Below are positions 10,649-19,860 of a stretch of DNA of 64,000 nt, piece by piece; positions within the stretch are counted from its first letter, which is position 1, and the number at the start of each line of letters is the position of its first letter. Source of the DNA: Ruminococcus sp. GTDB taxonomy: Bacteria > Bacillota > Clostridia > Oscillospirales > Acutalibacteraceae. The notes under the pieces were generated by a model. The model saw only the letters and a program-made list of their open reading frames with translations. It was not told the DNA's origin and ran no database searches. Both the position numbers and the translations under genes were made by a program. The stretch lies in the NCBI GenBank assembly GCA_017384945.1, contig JAFNSO010000027.1, positions 2,931 through 66,930 of the forward strand, read 5' to 3'.

Positions 10649-11416
10649 TCACGCTGTCTTTACTAACAAGACAGTAATATTATCGAGCTCCTGTCTGTAC
10701 TTGTTGAGCTCGGTAAGATAAACCGCGTTATCGTTCATCGACTGTTCGTTTACAAGAACATACGGATTGAGTCTCTCGTAAATCTCGTCGGAGGAGATGA
10801 TGTGTCTGAAACCGTCGGAGCAAAGCATATACACCTCGCCCGTATGAACGTCGCCCGAGAAGAAATCCGGTTCTATAAAATTGCTGGCTCCGATGCACTG
10901 GAGCAAAACATTCCTCTGAGGACTGTTTTTTGCCTCCTCGTAGGTCATTCTGCCCATATCCATCTCGCGCTGTACAAATGTCTGATCCTTAGTAAGCTGA
11001 ACCAGACTGTCCGAAATTCTGTACGCGCGTGAGTCGCCTATGTTAATGATATAGTACTTATCACCGAGAATCAAAAGCGCTATGAGGGTAGTACCCATGG
11101 TAACGCTGTTTTTTGCCGAGTAGTCATGGATTCTGTCGTTGCAGCCGAAAGCGATTTTCTCCCACGAGCTGAATATTCTGTCCTTCGGGTCAGAAAGAGT
11201 CATAATCTCGGGGAGTTGAGTGTAGAACCACTCCTTGAACGAGCGGATAACAACCGCGCTCGCAACCTCGCCCTTCGCGAGACCGCCCATTCCGTCACAT
11301 ATAACAGCAAGCAAAACATTCCCGACGTCGGACTTGGCCTCGAGCAAAAGAGCCGAATCCTGATTGGTGCTTTTTTTGATACCTATATCAGTATGAACCG
11401 CTGTCAAAAATTCCAT
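10649..11416 (-). CDS. PP2C/PPM-family Ser/Thr protein phosphatase
   Basis: NQD, ICDGMGG, GTT, NIGDSR, CSDG and DNIT motifs; probable start at MEFLTAVHTD (11416). Confidence 0.93.
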   Translation of the reverse strand: MEFLTAVHTDIGIKKSTNQDSALLLEAKSDVGNVLLAVICDGMGGLAKGEVASAVVIRSFKEWFYTQLPEIMTLSDPKDRIFSSWEKIAFGCNDRIHDYSAKNSVTMGTTLIALLILGDKYYIINIGDSRAYRISDSLVQLTKDQTFVQREMDMGRMTYEEAKNSPQRNVLLQCIGASNFIEPDFFSGDVHTGEVYMLCSDGFRHIISSDEIYERLNPYVLVNEQSMNDNAVYLTELNKYRQELDNITVLLVKTA

Positions 11417-11590
11417 AATAACAAATCTTTCCGCCCGCAGCTTCATTTATCCGGCTTACGCGGGCGGGTAAGGTCGGATTAAGGAAAAAAACGTTTCCCG
11501 ATAAAGCTGCCCATAAAACAGCCTTAACTCAGCTTGCCGAAAAACGGCAAGCTGAGTATAAATCTTAGTTAAAGATTAAAGCTTTTTAAA

Positions 11591-13081
11591 TCAGCCCAAG
11601 AACTCGAACTCTTCGTCGGAAACCTTAATTGTGTCGCCCTTGGAAAGTACAACCTCCTGATTCGGGCTTACTCTTGTTCCGTTTACGTATGTGCAGTTTG
11701 TGGAGTTGAGGTCGGTGATGTAGCATCTGCCGCCGCGAACCTTAATCTTGCAGTGAGCGCGGCTGATTGAGTTGTTGTCGCTGATGCAGTAGTCTACTCT
11801 TCTTCTCTCTTTACCGATGATGAACTCGTTCTTGTTGATAGCGATTGTCTCGCTGTTTCTCTTTCTGCGGAGTGAGAAGCCCTGAGCCTGACCGCCGAGT
11901 ACGGTTGTCTCGCCCGCGCCCTCGCCGAGAACGCTTGTCTCTCCGGCTCCGTCATTGGACGGCATTGTCGGAGGAACGGGAGGTACTCTTCCGCCTACAG
12001 GAGGTACGGGAGGTGTCGGAGGAGGCATCATCGGGCCGTTGCCGCCGTTGCCGCCTGACTTCTTCTTGCTGTTAACAATAATAAGGATAACAACAACTAC
12101 TATGATAACAGCTACTACAGCGATAGCAATAATAATGATAAGAGTGGGATCAAAACCACCTTCACCGCCGTTGTTAACTTCTGTCGGAGCCTCTGTTGCT
12201 ATGGGAGCGAGAGTTGTCTCCTCAGCAACAGTTGTCTCTTCCTCGCCAGCCTTGGTCTCATCAGTCGTGTTTCCATCGGGTGTCTGATACTCTATACCGA
12301 GGTCGTCAAGAGCCGCCTTAACCTGATCGATGGCTACGGCATACTGGAATGTTTGGTCATCAAATCCCATCTTTGTAATGCCGACAACATTACCGTCGCT
12401 GTCAACAAGAGGACCGCCCGAGTTGCCGCCCTGAATGGCTGTATCGAACTGAACGTACTTTGTTCCCGAATTATCAACAAGATTGGAAACAGTAGAGCTT
12501 GTGATTGAAAGCTTTTCGTCTGTGTAAGTGATGCTGTCCTGTAACCACTTTGCGGATCCGGGATATCCGAGGATGTGGACAGGCTGAGTCTTTTCAAGAG
12601 ATCCGCTGTCACCGAGAACAACAGGGTCTCTCTTGACAGTGCTGTTGAGGGTGAGGATAGCGTAGTCGGAAGCGCTGGAGTTCTTGAGTGTAGCGTTAAC
12701 GAGCATACCGCCGTTAACCGTTACGGCGTAGGAGAGCTTTGAGGGGTTGAACTTAAAGTCGTCATAACCCTTATCGGCGTAATACTCTTTCAGCGCGACG
12801 CCGAGCTCTGACTTTGCAGTGATAACGTGCTGACATGTAAGAATGGTTGTTGAGTTGATAAGGAAGCAGGAGCCTGAGGGCAGATAAGCCGCGGGCATAC
12901 CTGAACCCGGATCGTACAGGAAGTTGATCTGAAGTACGCTCTTCTTTACATTTACAACAGCCTCATTCGCCTTGCCTTCGGCTGACGCTGAAATCGCTAC
13001 CGAAAATACTAAGGAAAGCGCAAGTACAAGCGCAATAACCAAGCTTAGTATTCTCTTGGTGTGTACTTTTGAATGTTTCAT
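11591..13081 (-). CDS. Signal peptide + trypsin-like serine protease + TM + Pro-rich linker + C-terminal FHA domain
   Basis: Catalytic triad context LTCQHV / SDYAIL / GNSGGP; long TM segment; FHA motifs IGK..SISRAH..NSTN..VNG. Confidence 0.9.
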   Translation of the reverse strand: MKHSKVHTKRILSLVIALVLALSLVFSVAISASAEGKANEAVVNVKKSVLQINFLYDPGSGMPAAYLPSGSCFLINSTTILTCQHVITAKSELGVALKEYYADKGYDDFKFNPSKLSYAVTVNGGMLVNATLKNSSASDYAILTLNSTVKRDPVVLGDSGSLEKTQPVHILGYPGSAKWLQDSITYTDEKLSITSSTVSNLVDNSGTKYVQFDTAIQGGNSGGPLVDSDGNVVGITKMGFDDQTFQYAVAIDQVKAALDDLGIEYQTPDGNTTDETKAGEEETTVAEETTLAPIATEAPTEVNNGGEGGFDPTLIIIIAIAVVAVIIVVVVILIIVNSKKKSGGNGGNGPMMPPPTPPVPPVGGRVPPVPPTMPSNDGAGETSVLGEGAGETTVLGGQAQGFSLRRKRNSETIAINKNEFIIGKERRRVDYCISDNNSISRAHCKIKVRGGRCYITDLNSTNCTYVNGTRVSPNQEVVLSKGDTIKVSDEEFEFLG

Positions 13082-13252
13082 TATTTTTCCTCCTAAGAAA
13101 AAAGATTATTATAATATGCGAGTCAATCGCATTAATTACCCCTTTTAATTTTTTTATTTGCTTTTAGACGATTAATGTGGTTTAATAGTAATATAAAAAT
13201 GAAAATCTTTTCCGCAATTTTGACAAATAACCTGTTTATAAGACAAACGACC

Positions 13253-13456
13253 TTATTTTGAAAAGAGCTTTTCAAACGGAACATCCGGAAAAAGCTGTTT
13301 ATTCACATTCATAGCTTCGTTGATGTCGAACTCCTTTTCCCCCGAAAGCCTCATGAGAACTTCATCCTCACTCAAATTGAGCGCAACAATAAAGTCCCCA
13401 ACCGAAACATTACCTTCTTCGATCGAAGCCTTTATTAATGGAAATATACATTTCAT
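13253..13456 (-). CDS. Small Cro-like XRE HTH protein with an acidic putative recognition helix
   Basis: Pattern IFPLIKA...LNLS...RLSGEKEFDINEA...LFPD.PFEKLF resembles Firmicute phage Cro-like proteins; GAGGGG RBS. Confidence 0.65.
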   Translation of the reverse strand: MKCIFPLIKASIEEGNVSVGDFIVALNLSEDEVLMRLSGEKEFDINEAMNVNKQLFPDVPFEKLFSK

Positions 13457-13507
13457 AATCTACCCCTCAAAACGAAATTATAACCCGTAATTCGTTAACC
13501 CGACACC

Positions 13508-13536
13508 ATTCTACACGATTTTTCGTTTATTGTCAA
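13508..13536 (-). promoter_or_regulatory. Sigma-A promoter of the Cro-like gene with a palindromic operator-like site in the spacer
   Basis: TTGACA (13536-13531), 17 bp, TAGAAT (13513-13508); ACGA-TTTT-TCGT palindrome at 13515-13526. Confidence 0.7.
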
Positions 13537-13647
13537 CATTTTACATAAAATCTGAATAATTTTTTGAAAAAAATATAACAGATATTTGCAACTTTAACAT
13601 TTTACTAAATTGCTTTGCGTTTTATTATTCAAGAAAGGAGCATAAAA

Positions 13648-14013
13648 ATGAATAAAGATTACTCATTGATTTCATCGGAAAATGTCAAAACACTTCTCTC
13701 AAGAAACAGAATGTCCGTCCGTCAATTGGCGGAGCTGCTCGGAATCGCTCCGACAACGCTCAACGACTCGCTGAAAAGCAAAAAAGGTGTCTCGATAGAT
13801 AACCTTATAAAAATCGCGGAATTTTTTAATCTCAGCGTAAACGATTTGTGCGACCCAAGGCTGTTTGAATTTAACAGCAGCAAGATGACCCCCTGTGACG
13901 AGCTTGTCAGAAAATACAAGCTTCTAGACGACCACGGAAAGGCCTTGGTTTCTACGGTTCTCAGCCTTGAGTACCGACGCTGTATTTCGGGACATAAAAA
14001 TAAGCTTAGCTGA
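13648..14013 (+). CDS. XRE-family HTH repressor (CI/ImmR-like, no S24 peptidase domain)
   Basis: MSVRQLAELLGIAPTTL..SIDNLIKIAEFFNLSVNDL; C-terminal LVRKYKLLDDHGK helix; AAGGAG RBS at 13635-13640. Confidence 0.88.
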   Translation: MNKDYSLISSENVKTLLSRNRMSVRQLAELLGIAPTTLNDSLKSKKGVSIDNLIKIAEFFNLSVNDLCDPRLFEFNSSKMTPCDELVRKYKLLDDHGKALVSTVLSLEYRRCISGHKNKLS

Positions 14014-14031
14014 GCGCGCAAAAACGCGAAA

Positions 14032-14063
14032 AAGGGCAGACTCAAAAAAACGAGTCTGCCCTT
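14032..14063. terminator. Terminator hairpin between the convergent XRE and clp genes
   Basis: AAGGGCAGACTC / GAGTCTGCCCTT 12-bp stem. Confidence 0.75.
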
Positions 14064-14090
14064 CGGCATATTTATACTTATCTTTTCAAT

Positions 14091-16418
14091 TTATATTGTA
14101 TAGAGCTTCACTTCGTCGTCCTCGACCGAGGCGCTGATCGCGCCGAGCTCTCCGTCGCGGTGAGCTATGAGCACGTTTGTAATCTTGTCCTCGATGTTCT
14201 TGCGGATGAAGTTGCGAAGGTCGCGCGCTCCGCTTGTACCCGAGCCCGCCTTCTGAGCAACAAGGGAGCAGACATTTTCGTCATAGGTAAAGCGTATTCC
14301 CTTTTCGGCCAGCGGCTCAACGTACTCATCAAGCATAAGCGCGGCGATTTTCCCGTAGTCGTCCATATTGAGCGAGCGGAAAACGATAATCTCGTCGACA
14401 CGCGCGATAAACTCGGGACGAAGGAAGTCTCTGAGTCCCTTCATCGCTCTCTCCTTAACTACGTCGTCCTCCTGCTTGCCGAAGCCGAGGGCGTTCTCGC
14501 GCCTTTCGGAGCCCGCGTTGGAGGTCATAACGATTACGGTATTCTCAAAGCTTACGCTCCTGCCGTGGGCGTCGGTGACTCTGCCCTCGTCGAGAATCTG
14601 CAAAAGGATGTTGAGCACGTCGGGATGAGCCTTCTCTATCTCGTCAAAAAGGAGCACCGAGTACGGACGGCGTCTGACCTTTTCGGTCACCTGACCCGCC
14701 TCGTCGTAGCCGACGTAGCCCGGGGGTGAGCCGATAATCTTGGAGACCGAGTGCTTTTCCATAAACTCGGACATATCGAGTCTGATAAGTGTCTCGGGGG
14801 TGTCAAAGAGCTGCTGTGAGAGAACCTTTACGAGCTCTGTTTTTCCGACTCCCGTGGGACCCACAAAGATGAAAGACGCGGGTCGTCTGCGCGGGGAGAT
14901 CTGCACTCTGCTTCTTCTGATAGCGGCGGAGAGAGCTTCGACAGCCTCGTCCTGACCGATGATTTTCTTCTTGAGCTCGCTCTCCAAATCGGCGAGCTTG
15001 CTGAGCTCGTTCTCTCTGATACGGCTCGAGGGGATTCCCGTCCAAAGCTCGATTACCTTGGCGATGTCCTCCTCCTCAACGGGAGCGTTGACCTTTGCCA
15101 TATCGATTTCGGAGAGCTCCTTATCGGTTCGTGCGATTTTTGAACGGACGTCGGCGATCGCCTCGTAGTTCTTCTCGTCCTCCCCCTCAAGCTCGGTGAG
15201 CTGAGCTCCGAACGCCGCCTTTGAAAGCATAAGCCTGTCGTAGCGCTCCATTTCCTTGTTGCGAAGAGCGGCGCACGCGCAGCTTTCGTCGAGAAGGTCG
15301 ATCGCCTTGTCGGGCAGGAATCGGTCGTTGATGTAGCGCTCGGAGAGAACAACCGTCTTTCGGACGATATCGTCGTTGACCTGAACACGGTGGTGAGCCT
15401 CGTAGTAGCCCTTGACTCCCTTGATGACCTCGATCGTCTCGGCAATTGAGGGCTCGCCAACCTTGACGGGCTGGAAACGGCGCTCAAGAGCGGAGTCCTT
15501 TTCGATGTATTTTCTGTATTCGTTGAAGGTCGTGGCGCCGATCACCTGAACCTCGCCTCTTGAGAGAGCGGGCTTGAGTATGTTCGCGGCGTTCATCGTA
15601 CCCTCGTTGTCGCCTGTTCCGACGAGAGAATGAACCTCGTCGATAAAGATTATGATATTCCCGGCTTCCTTTATTTCAGCCATAAGACCCTTCATACGGC
15701 TCTCAAACTGACCTCTGAACTGGGTTCCCGCGACAAGCGCGGTGAGGTCGAGCATATAAATCTCCTTGCCGCTGAGCCTGAGCGGGACTCTTCCCGCGGC
15801 AATTCTCAGCGCGAGTCCCTCGGCGATAGCCGTTTTACCGACTCCGGGCTCGCCTATGAGACAGGGGTTGTTCTTGCTTCTGCGCGAAAGAATCTGAATA
15901 ACGCGCTCGATTTCCTTGTCTCGTCCGATAATGTTGTCGATTCTGCCGTTTTTTGCCTTTTCGGTCAGGTTCTCGCAATAGAGGTTGAGGTGCTTGCGCT
16001 TTTTGTCGTTCTTGCTCTTGCCGCGGCGGCGCTCCTTTTTATCGGAGCCTGAGTTCTCGCCCTGATTGTTGTTTCCGAAAAGATTGTTGAAAAACGGGAA
16101 GGTCGGAGCTCCTCCGGGGGTGAAGTTTCCGTTGTCCTCGTTCTGCTCCTCAAACTTTTCCATCTGCTCGGCAAGGTTTTCGACGTTCATCGACTCCATC
16201 ATCTGCTTCATCGAATCGTCGTTCATAAGATTGTCCATCTGATCCTGAACCATCTCGAGGTCGTCGTCGGAAAGACCCATCTTGCTGATTAAATCCTCGA
16301 CGGGCTTGATTCCGAGCTCCTTCGCGCACGTAAGGCAGTAGCCCATTGTCGCGTCCGAGCTTGTGTTCTGTGATACAAAGACCACGGCGGGTCTTTTTCC
16401 GCATTTACTGCAAATCAT
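14091..16418 (-). CDS. ATP-dependent Clp protease ATP-binding subunit (ClpC/ClpE-like, N-terminal Zn finger)
   Basis: CxxC..CxxC N-terminus; Walker A motifs GEPGVGKT and GPTGVGKT; LGF ClpP-docking loop. Confidence 0.93.
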   Translation of the reverse strand: MICSKCGKRPAVVFVSQNTSSDATMGYCLTCAKELGIKPVEDLISKMGLSDDDLEMVQDQMDNLMNDDSMKQMMESMNVENLAEQMEKFEEQNEDNGNFTPGGAPTFPFFNNLFGNNNQGENSGSDKKERRRGKSKNDKKRKHLNLYCENLTEKAKNGRIDNIIGRDKEIERVIQILSRRSKNNPCLIGEPGVGKTAIAEGLALRIAAGRVPLRLSGKEIYMLDLTALVAGTQFRGQFESRMKGLMAEIKEAGNIIIFIDEVHSLVGTGDNEGTMNAANILKPALSRGEVQVIGATTFNEYRKYIEKDSALERRFQPVKVGEPSIAETIEVIKGVKGYYEAHHRVQVNDDIVRKTVVLSERYINDRFLPDKAIDLLDESCACAALRNKEMERYDRLMLSKAAFGAQLTELEGEDEKNYEAIADVRSKIARTDKELSEIDMAKVNAPVEEEDIAKVIELWTGIPSSRIRENELSKLADLESELKKKIIGQDEAVEALSAAIRRSRVQISPRRRPASFIFVGPTGVGKTELVKVLSQQLFDTPETLIRLDMSEFMEKHSVSKIIGSPPGYVGYDEAGQVTEKVRRRPYSVLLFDEIEKAHPDVLNILLQILDEGRVTDAHGRSVSFENTVIVMTSNAGSERRENALGFGKQEDDVVKERAMKGLRDFLRPEFIARVDEIIVFRSLNMDDYGKIAALMLDEYVEPLAEKGIRFTYDENVCSLVAQKAGSGTSGARDLRNFIRKNIEDKITNVLIAHRDGELGAISASVEDDEVKLYTI

Positions 16419-16434
16419 ATATTACTCCTTTAAA

Positions 16435-17001
16435 TTACTTATCTCTGTTCTTCATAAGCTGTCTGAAAATCATACCGTATCTCACGAGCGCGAATAACAT
16501 CATCGCGGTTGTAAGCGAAAGAAGAACAATCGACAGAATATCGTTTTCGTAGTTGAATGCCGCCTTTAAAAAAACTATGAGACACACGGAGACGTAGAAC
16601 ATAAACGTTCCTGCTTTGCCGTACCACTTCGCGGCGGGCGGCGTGATTTTATACTTGATAAGCTGAGAGCCGCCGACGAGCATAAGCGCGTCCTTTATAA
16701 TCAGCACTATCATCACAGGCGCTACGACGGGCGTCAGAATAACCATACAGACCATAATCGCGAACAGCGTCAGCTTGTCGGCGATCGGGTCAAGGATTTT
16801 TCCGAGCGAAGTCACCTGATTAAATGTCCTCGCCACAAAGCCGTCGAGCGCGTCGCTTATTCCCGAGAGAATCAACGCGGCGGCAGCGAGAACATAATTC
16901 TTTTGAAGAAAAAATATCACAAACGGAGCGATTAAAACAATTCTCAGAAAGCTGAGCATATTCGCTACCGTAAAAATCTCCTTACTTCCATTCGTTTTCA
17001 T
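16435..17001 (-). CDS. pgsA: CDP-alcohol phosphatidyltransferase (PgsA-like)
   Basis: DALDGFVAR..TSLGKILDPIADK motif. Confidence 0.85.
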   Translation of the reverse strand: MKTNGSKEIFTVANMLSFLRIVLIAPFVIFFLQKNYVLAAAALILSGISDALDGFVARTFNQVTSLGKILDPIADKLTLFAIMVCMVILTPVVAPVMIVLIIKDALMLVGGSQLIKYKITPPAAKWYGKAGTFMFYVSVCLIVFLKAAFNYENDILSIVLLSLTTAMMLFALVRYGMIFRQLMKNRDK

Positions 17002-17019
17002 AAAGCACCCCTGTACATC

Positions 17020-17784
17020 TTACTGCGCGGTTGAAGCCGCCTGCGTTGCCTGCTCGACAAGGGTATCGGCGTCGTGTGAGCTGCCGAGCACAAGCGCGAA
17101 GGCGTTCATAAAGTCGGAGTAGTAAACCGTTTTAAAAATAACGCTTGTATCAATCATCTCGGGCGTGATAATCGGGTCAGCCGAAAGCGGCAGGATTATT
17201 CTGCAAACCAGAATGGCTAAATAGCAAATCGCTACGCCCTCAACAAGTCCGAGCGCTCCTCCGAGCAGACGGTTTATCGAATTGATCACGGGCAGTTCAA
17301 AAATCAAAGCGAGCTTGCGCGAAATCAGCTTGCAGACAAACATAAAAACTATAAACAAAACGACCAGAAGCACCGCGCTGAGAACCGAAATCACAACGGG
17401 AGCGATTGAATTGTCCACCGTCTGAGCGATTGAGTCGGCGTTGTTATTAGCCGCCTCATACGCCGAACCCGCGATTGAGTCGCAGGTGATACCCAAGCCC
17501 TTGAGCAGAATTTTTATAAACTCGGGAAGCTGGTCGACCGCTTCCTGTGAGATAATCTGAGCGTTTTGTGCGGAGCCCTCGACCGTCTCGGAGACGCTTT
17601 GAGTTACCGACTGCGAGATAAACTGGGTATAAATCCACGAGGACAAAAGCTTGCTTCCGAAATACGCGAGAACTCCCGAAACAGCGACGCTCGCGACATT
17701 TAGAATCGTTCTCGCGATACCACGCCTGATTCCCGCTATTACGAGGATAGTCGCGAACGCGACCAAAATAATATCTAAAATCAT
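17020..17784 (-). CDS. CvpA (colicin V production)-family membrane protein
   Basis: LDII..GIRRG N-terminus; NRLLGGALGLVEG motif. Confidence 0.75.
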   Translation of the reverse strand: MILDIILVAFATILVIAGIRRGIARTILNVASVAVSGVLAYFGSKLLSSWIYTQFISQSVTQSVSETVEGSAQNAQIISQEAVDQLPEFIKILLKGLGITCDSIAGSAYEAANNNADSIAQTVDNSIAPVVISVLSAVLLVVLFIVFMFVCKLISRKLALIFELPVINSINRLLGGALGLVEGVAICYLAILVCRIILPLSADPIITPEMIDTSVIFKTVYYSDFMNAFALVLGSSHDADTLVEQATQAASTAQ

Positions 17785-17788
17785 AACC

Positions 17789-19048
17789 TTAACCCGAAAC
17801 TACTTTTCTTATTTCATTTATACCGAGGATGTAGGCGCTGTCGGTGCTCTCCAGCCTAACTGCCTTAGCTCCCGTTCCCGCGTCGACGTTGCCGAGAGCT
17901 TTTCCGTCGGTATTGTAAATATAGCATTTATTTGAGTCGAGAACGGCGATTCTGTTCTTGAACAGGCTGATTGACTCGACCGCCCTCTTTGTGTCGTTGA
18001 CGTTTACTATCTCGCCGTTTATATTGACGTAATTGAGCGAGCATTTTCTTCCGTCGGCGGAACGCGACAGCGAAAGCACAAACGCGTTTGTGTTTATATC
18101 AATGTCAAAAGCGGTGAGCTGCTTGTTTCCGTACTCGACCTCGTTGAGCTTTCCGCCTCTTATATCAATCGTATACGCGGCGTCGGAGCCGACTATACAA
18201 ACGGAATTTGAATTGAAATACTCGCAGTCGTACACTGTCGTCTCGTCGAGCGAATAGGTCGCTACGGGATCCTTGCTCGCGAAATCAAGCACATAGGCGA
18301 TTCCGAGCAGGCTTCCGTTGTCGCCCGTAACTCCGCACGCCACGCAGCCCGAGCCGTTCGGGTTGAGCGAAACCGAATTTATGTAATACTCCGAGAACGA
18401 GTAGGCATACAGCTTTTCACCCTTTGAATTATACACATGAAGTTTTGAAAGATAACCGTCGGTCTGCGTCACCACGCAGTAAACGCCGTTTGAATTTATA
18501 TCGGCGGTAATCACGTAGTTGTCGGTGTCCTTTATGGGGTTGAGCTTGTCCTTTTTGCCGACGACATAGCCGTTTCCGCCGAGGTTATAAATGATTACAT
18601 TATCCCCCGCGGTCTCCATGACGGGCTTTGAAAAGCTGTGCTGGTTGTAGCCGATTTCGTTTCCCTCCGGGCTGACGCTTGAGAACGAGGTATCTGAGAC
18701 GTAGGTGATCCCTCCTCCCGACTGAAAATTACCGACGCTCACGTTTGAGCCGATAATATTGACGGGAAAGCCCTTGTCGGACGAGCCGAGCAGGTCATAC
18801 TTGACCCAGTTGCCGATTTTGTCGGGAGTGAGCGCGTCGCGGTTCGCCACAGCGAAAACCACGAGCCCTATCACAACAATCACAGCCGCGATTATGAGTA
18901 TCCGCTTGACCGCCTCGGGCGAAATCTGCGTTCTCTCGTCGTTATATTCCTCGAGAGGAACGTCCTCGTAGCTGAGCACGACCCTCTGCGTTCGTTTTCT
19001 TTTATCAACATTTTTGACGCTGTAGCGTCCTCCGCGTTTCCTCCACAT
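17789..19048 (-). CDS. Membrane-anchored beta-rich protein (DUF5711-like)
   Basis: Single N-terminal TM followed by a beta-propeller-like region. Confidence 0.6.
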   Translation of the reverse strand: MWRKRGGRYSVKNVDKRKRTQRVVLSYEDVPLEEYNDERTQISPEAVKRILIIAAVIVVIGLVVFAVANRDALTPDKIGNWVKYDLLGSSDKGFPVNIIGSNVSVGNFQSGGGITYVSDTSFSSVSPEGNEIGYNQHSFSKPVMETAGDNVIIYNLGGNGYVVGKKDKLNPIKDTDNYVITADINSNGVYCVVTQTDGYLSKLHVYNSKGEKLYAYSFSEYYINSVSLNPNGSGCVACGVTGDNGSLLGIAYVLDFASKDPVATYSLDETTVYDCEYFNSNSVCIVGSDAAYTIDIRGGKLNEVEYGNKQLTAFDIDINTNAFVLSLSRSADGRKCSLNYVNINGEIVNVNDTKRAVESISLFKNRIAVLDSNKCYIYNTDGKALGNVDAGTGAKAVRLESTDSAYILGINEIRKVVSG

Positions 19049-19095
19049 ATCCTTTCTCCTAACTAAGCTCTTCGCTGTTCTCCTTTTTTATCCAT

Positions 19096-19860
19096 TCAAT
19101 AAAACACCTTATTCAGATACAGTCCGCAGGCGGGAGCTGTGGGACCCGCCGCCGCTCTGTCCTTTTTCTTCAAAATACCTTCGATTGAGTCGGGCTCAAG
19201 CCTTCCCTGAGAAATCTCAAGCAGGGTACCGACCATAATTCTCACCATATTATACAGAAAGCCGTCAGCCTCAACGGTCATCGTCACGAGGTCTCCCTCT
19301 CTTTCGACCGAGAACCTTTTGACGTTCCTGACAAAATCGCCCTTTTCCCTCTTGTCCGCTGTGCAAAACGAGGTGAAGTCGTGTTGTCCGACATACGCCT
19401 GTGCCGCGGTATTGAGCATTTTTTCGTCGAGCTTATACCTGTATTTCAGCGCATAGCCGTTTAAAAACGGATTCCTCAGCGGGCTGTTCCAGATTTTGTA
19501 AATATACTGCTTGCCCTTACAGTCGTACCTCGCGTGGAAGTCTGAATCGACCTCCCTGCATTCGAGACACACAACCTCGTCGGGAAGGTAGCTGTTGAGC
19601 GCGCTGACGAGCCTTTCGGCGGGAATCGGGTGCGCGATTTTTACGCTTATGCAGTACATATTGGCGTGCACACCGCTGTCTGTACGGCTGCAGCCCTTCA
19701 AATCCCTGAAGCCGCCGACGATCCTGACGAGCGCCTTCTGAAAAACCTCCTGAACCGTCAGGGCGTTGTTCTGAACCTGCCAGCCGTGAAAACCTCTGCC
19801 GTCGTATTGAATTGTGAGAAACAGATTCCTCAGATCACCGAGGTCAGAAATATATTGCAT
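19096..19860 (-). CDS. truA: tRNA pseudouridine(38-40) synthase
   Basis: YDG..FHGWQVQ, SRTDSGVHA, FHARY, GFLYNMVR; start uncertain (overlaps ecfT). Confidence 0.95.
   Translation of the reverse strand: MQYISDLGDLRNLFLTIQYDGRGFHGWQVQNNALTVQEVFQKALVRIVGGFRDLKGCSRTDSGVHANMYCISVKIAHPIPAERLVSALNSYLPDEVVCLECREVDSDFHARYDCKGKQYIYKIWNSPLRNPFLNGYALKYRYKLDEKMLNTAAQAYVGQHDFTSFCTADKREKGDFVRNVKRFSVEREGDLVTMTVEADGFLYNMVRIMVGTLLEISQGRLEPDSIEGILKKKDRAAAGPTAPACGLYLNKVFY

Noticed and set aside
7799-13081. Type VII or type VI secretion locus
   Set aside because: No FtsK/EssC ATPase, WXG100 or T6SS core genes in the window; cannot be excluded beyond position 1.
13253-14013. Prophage or ICE
   Set aside because: No integrase, replication, structural or conjugation genes and no att-like repeats seen.
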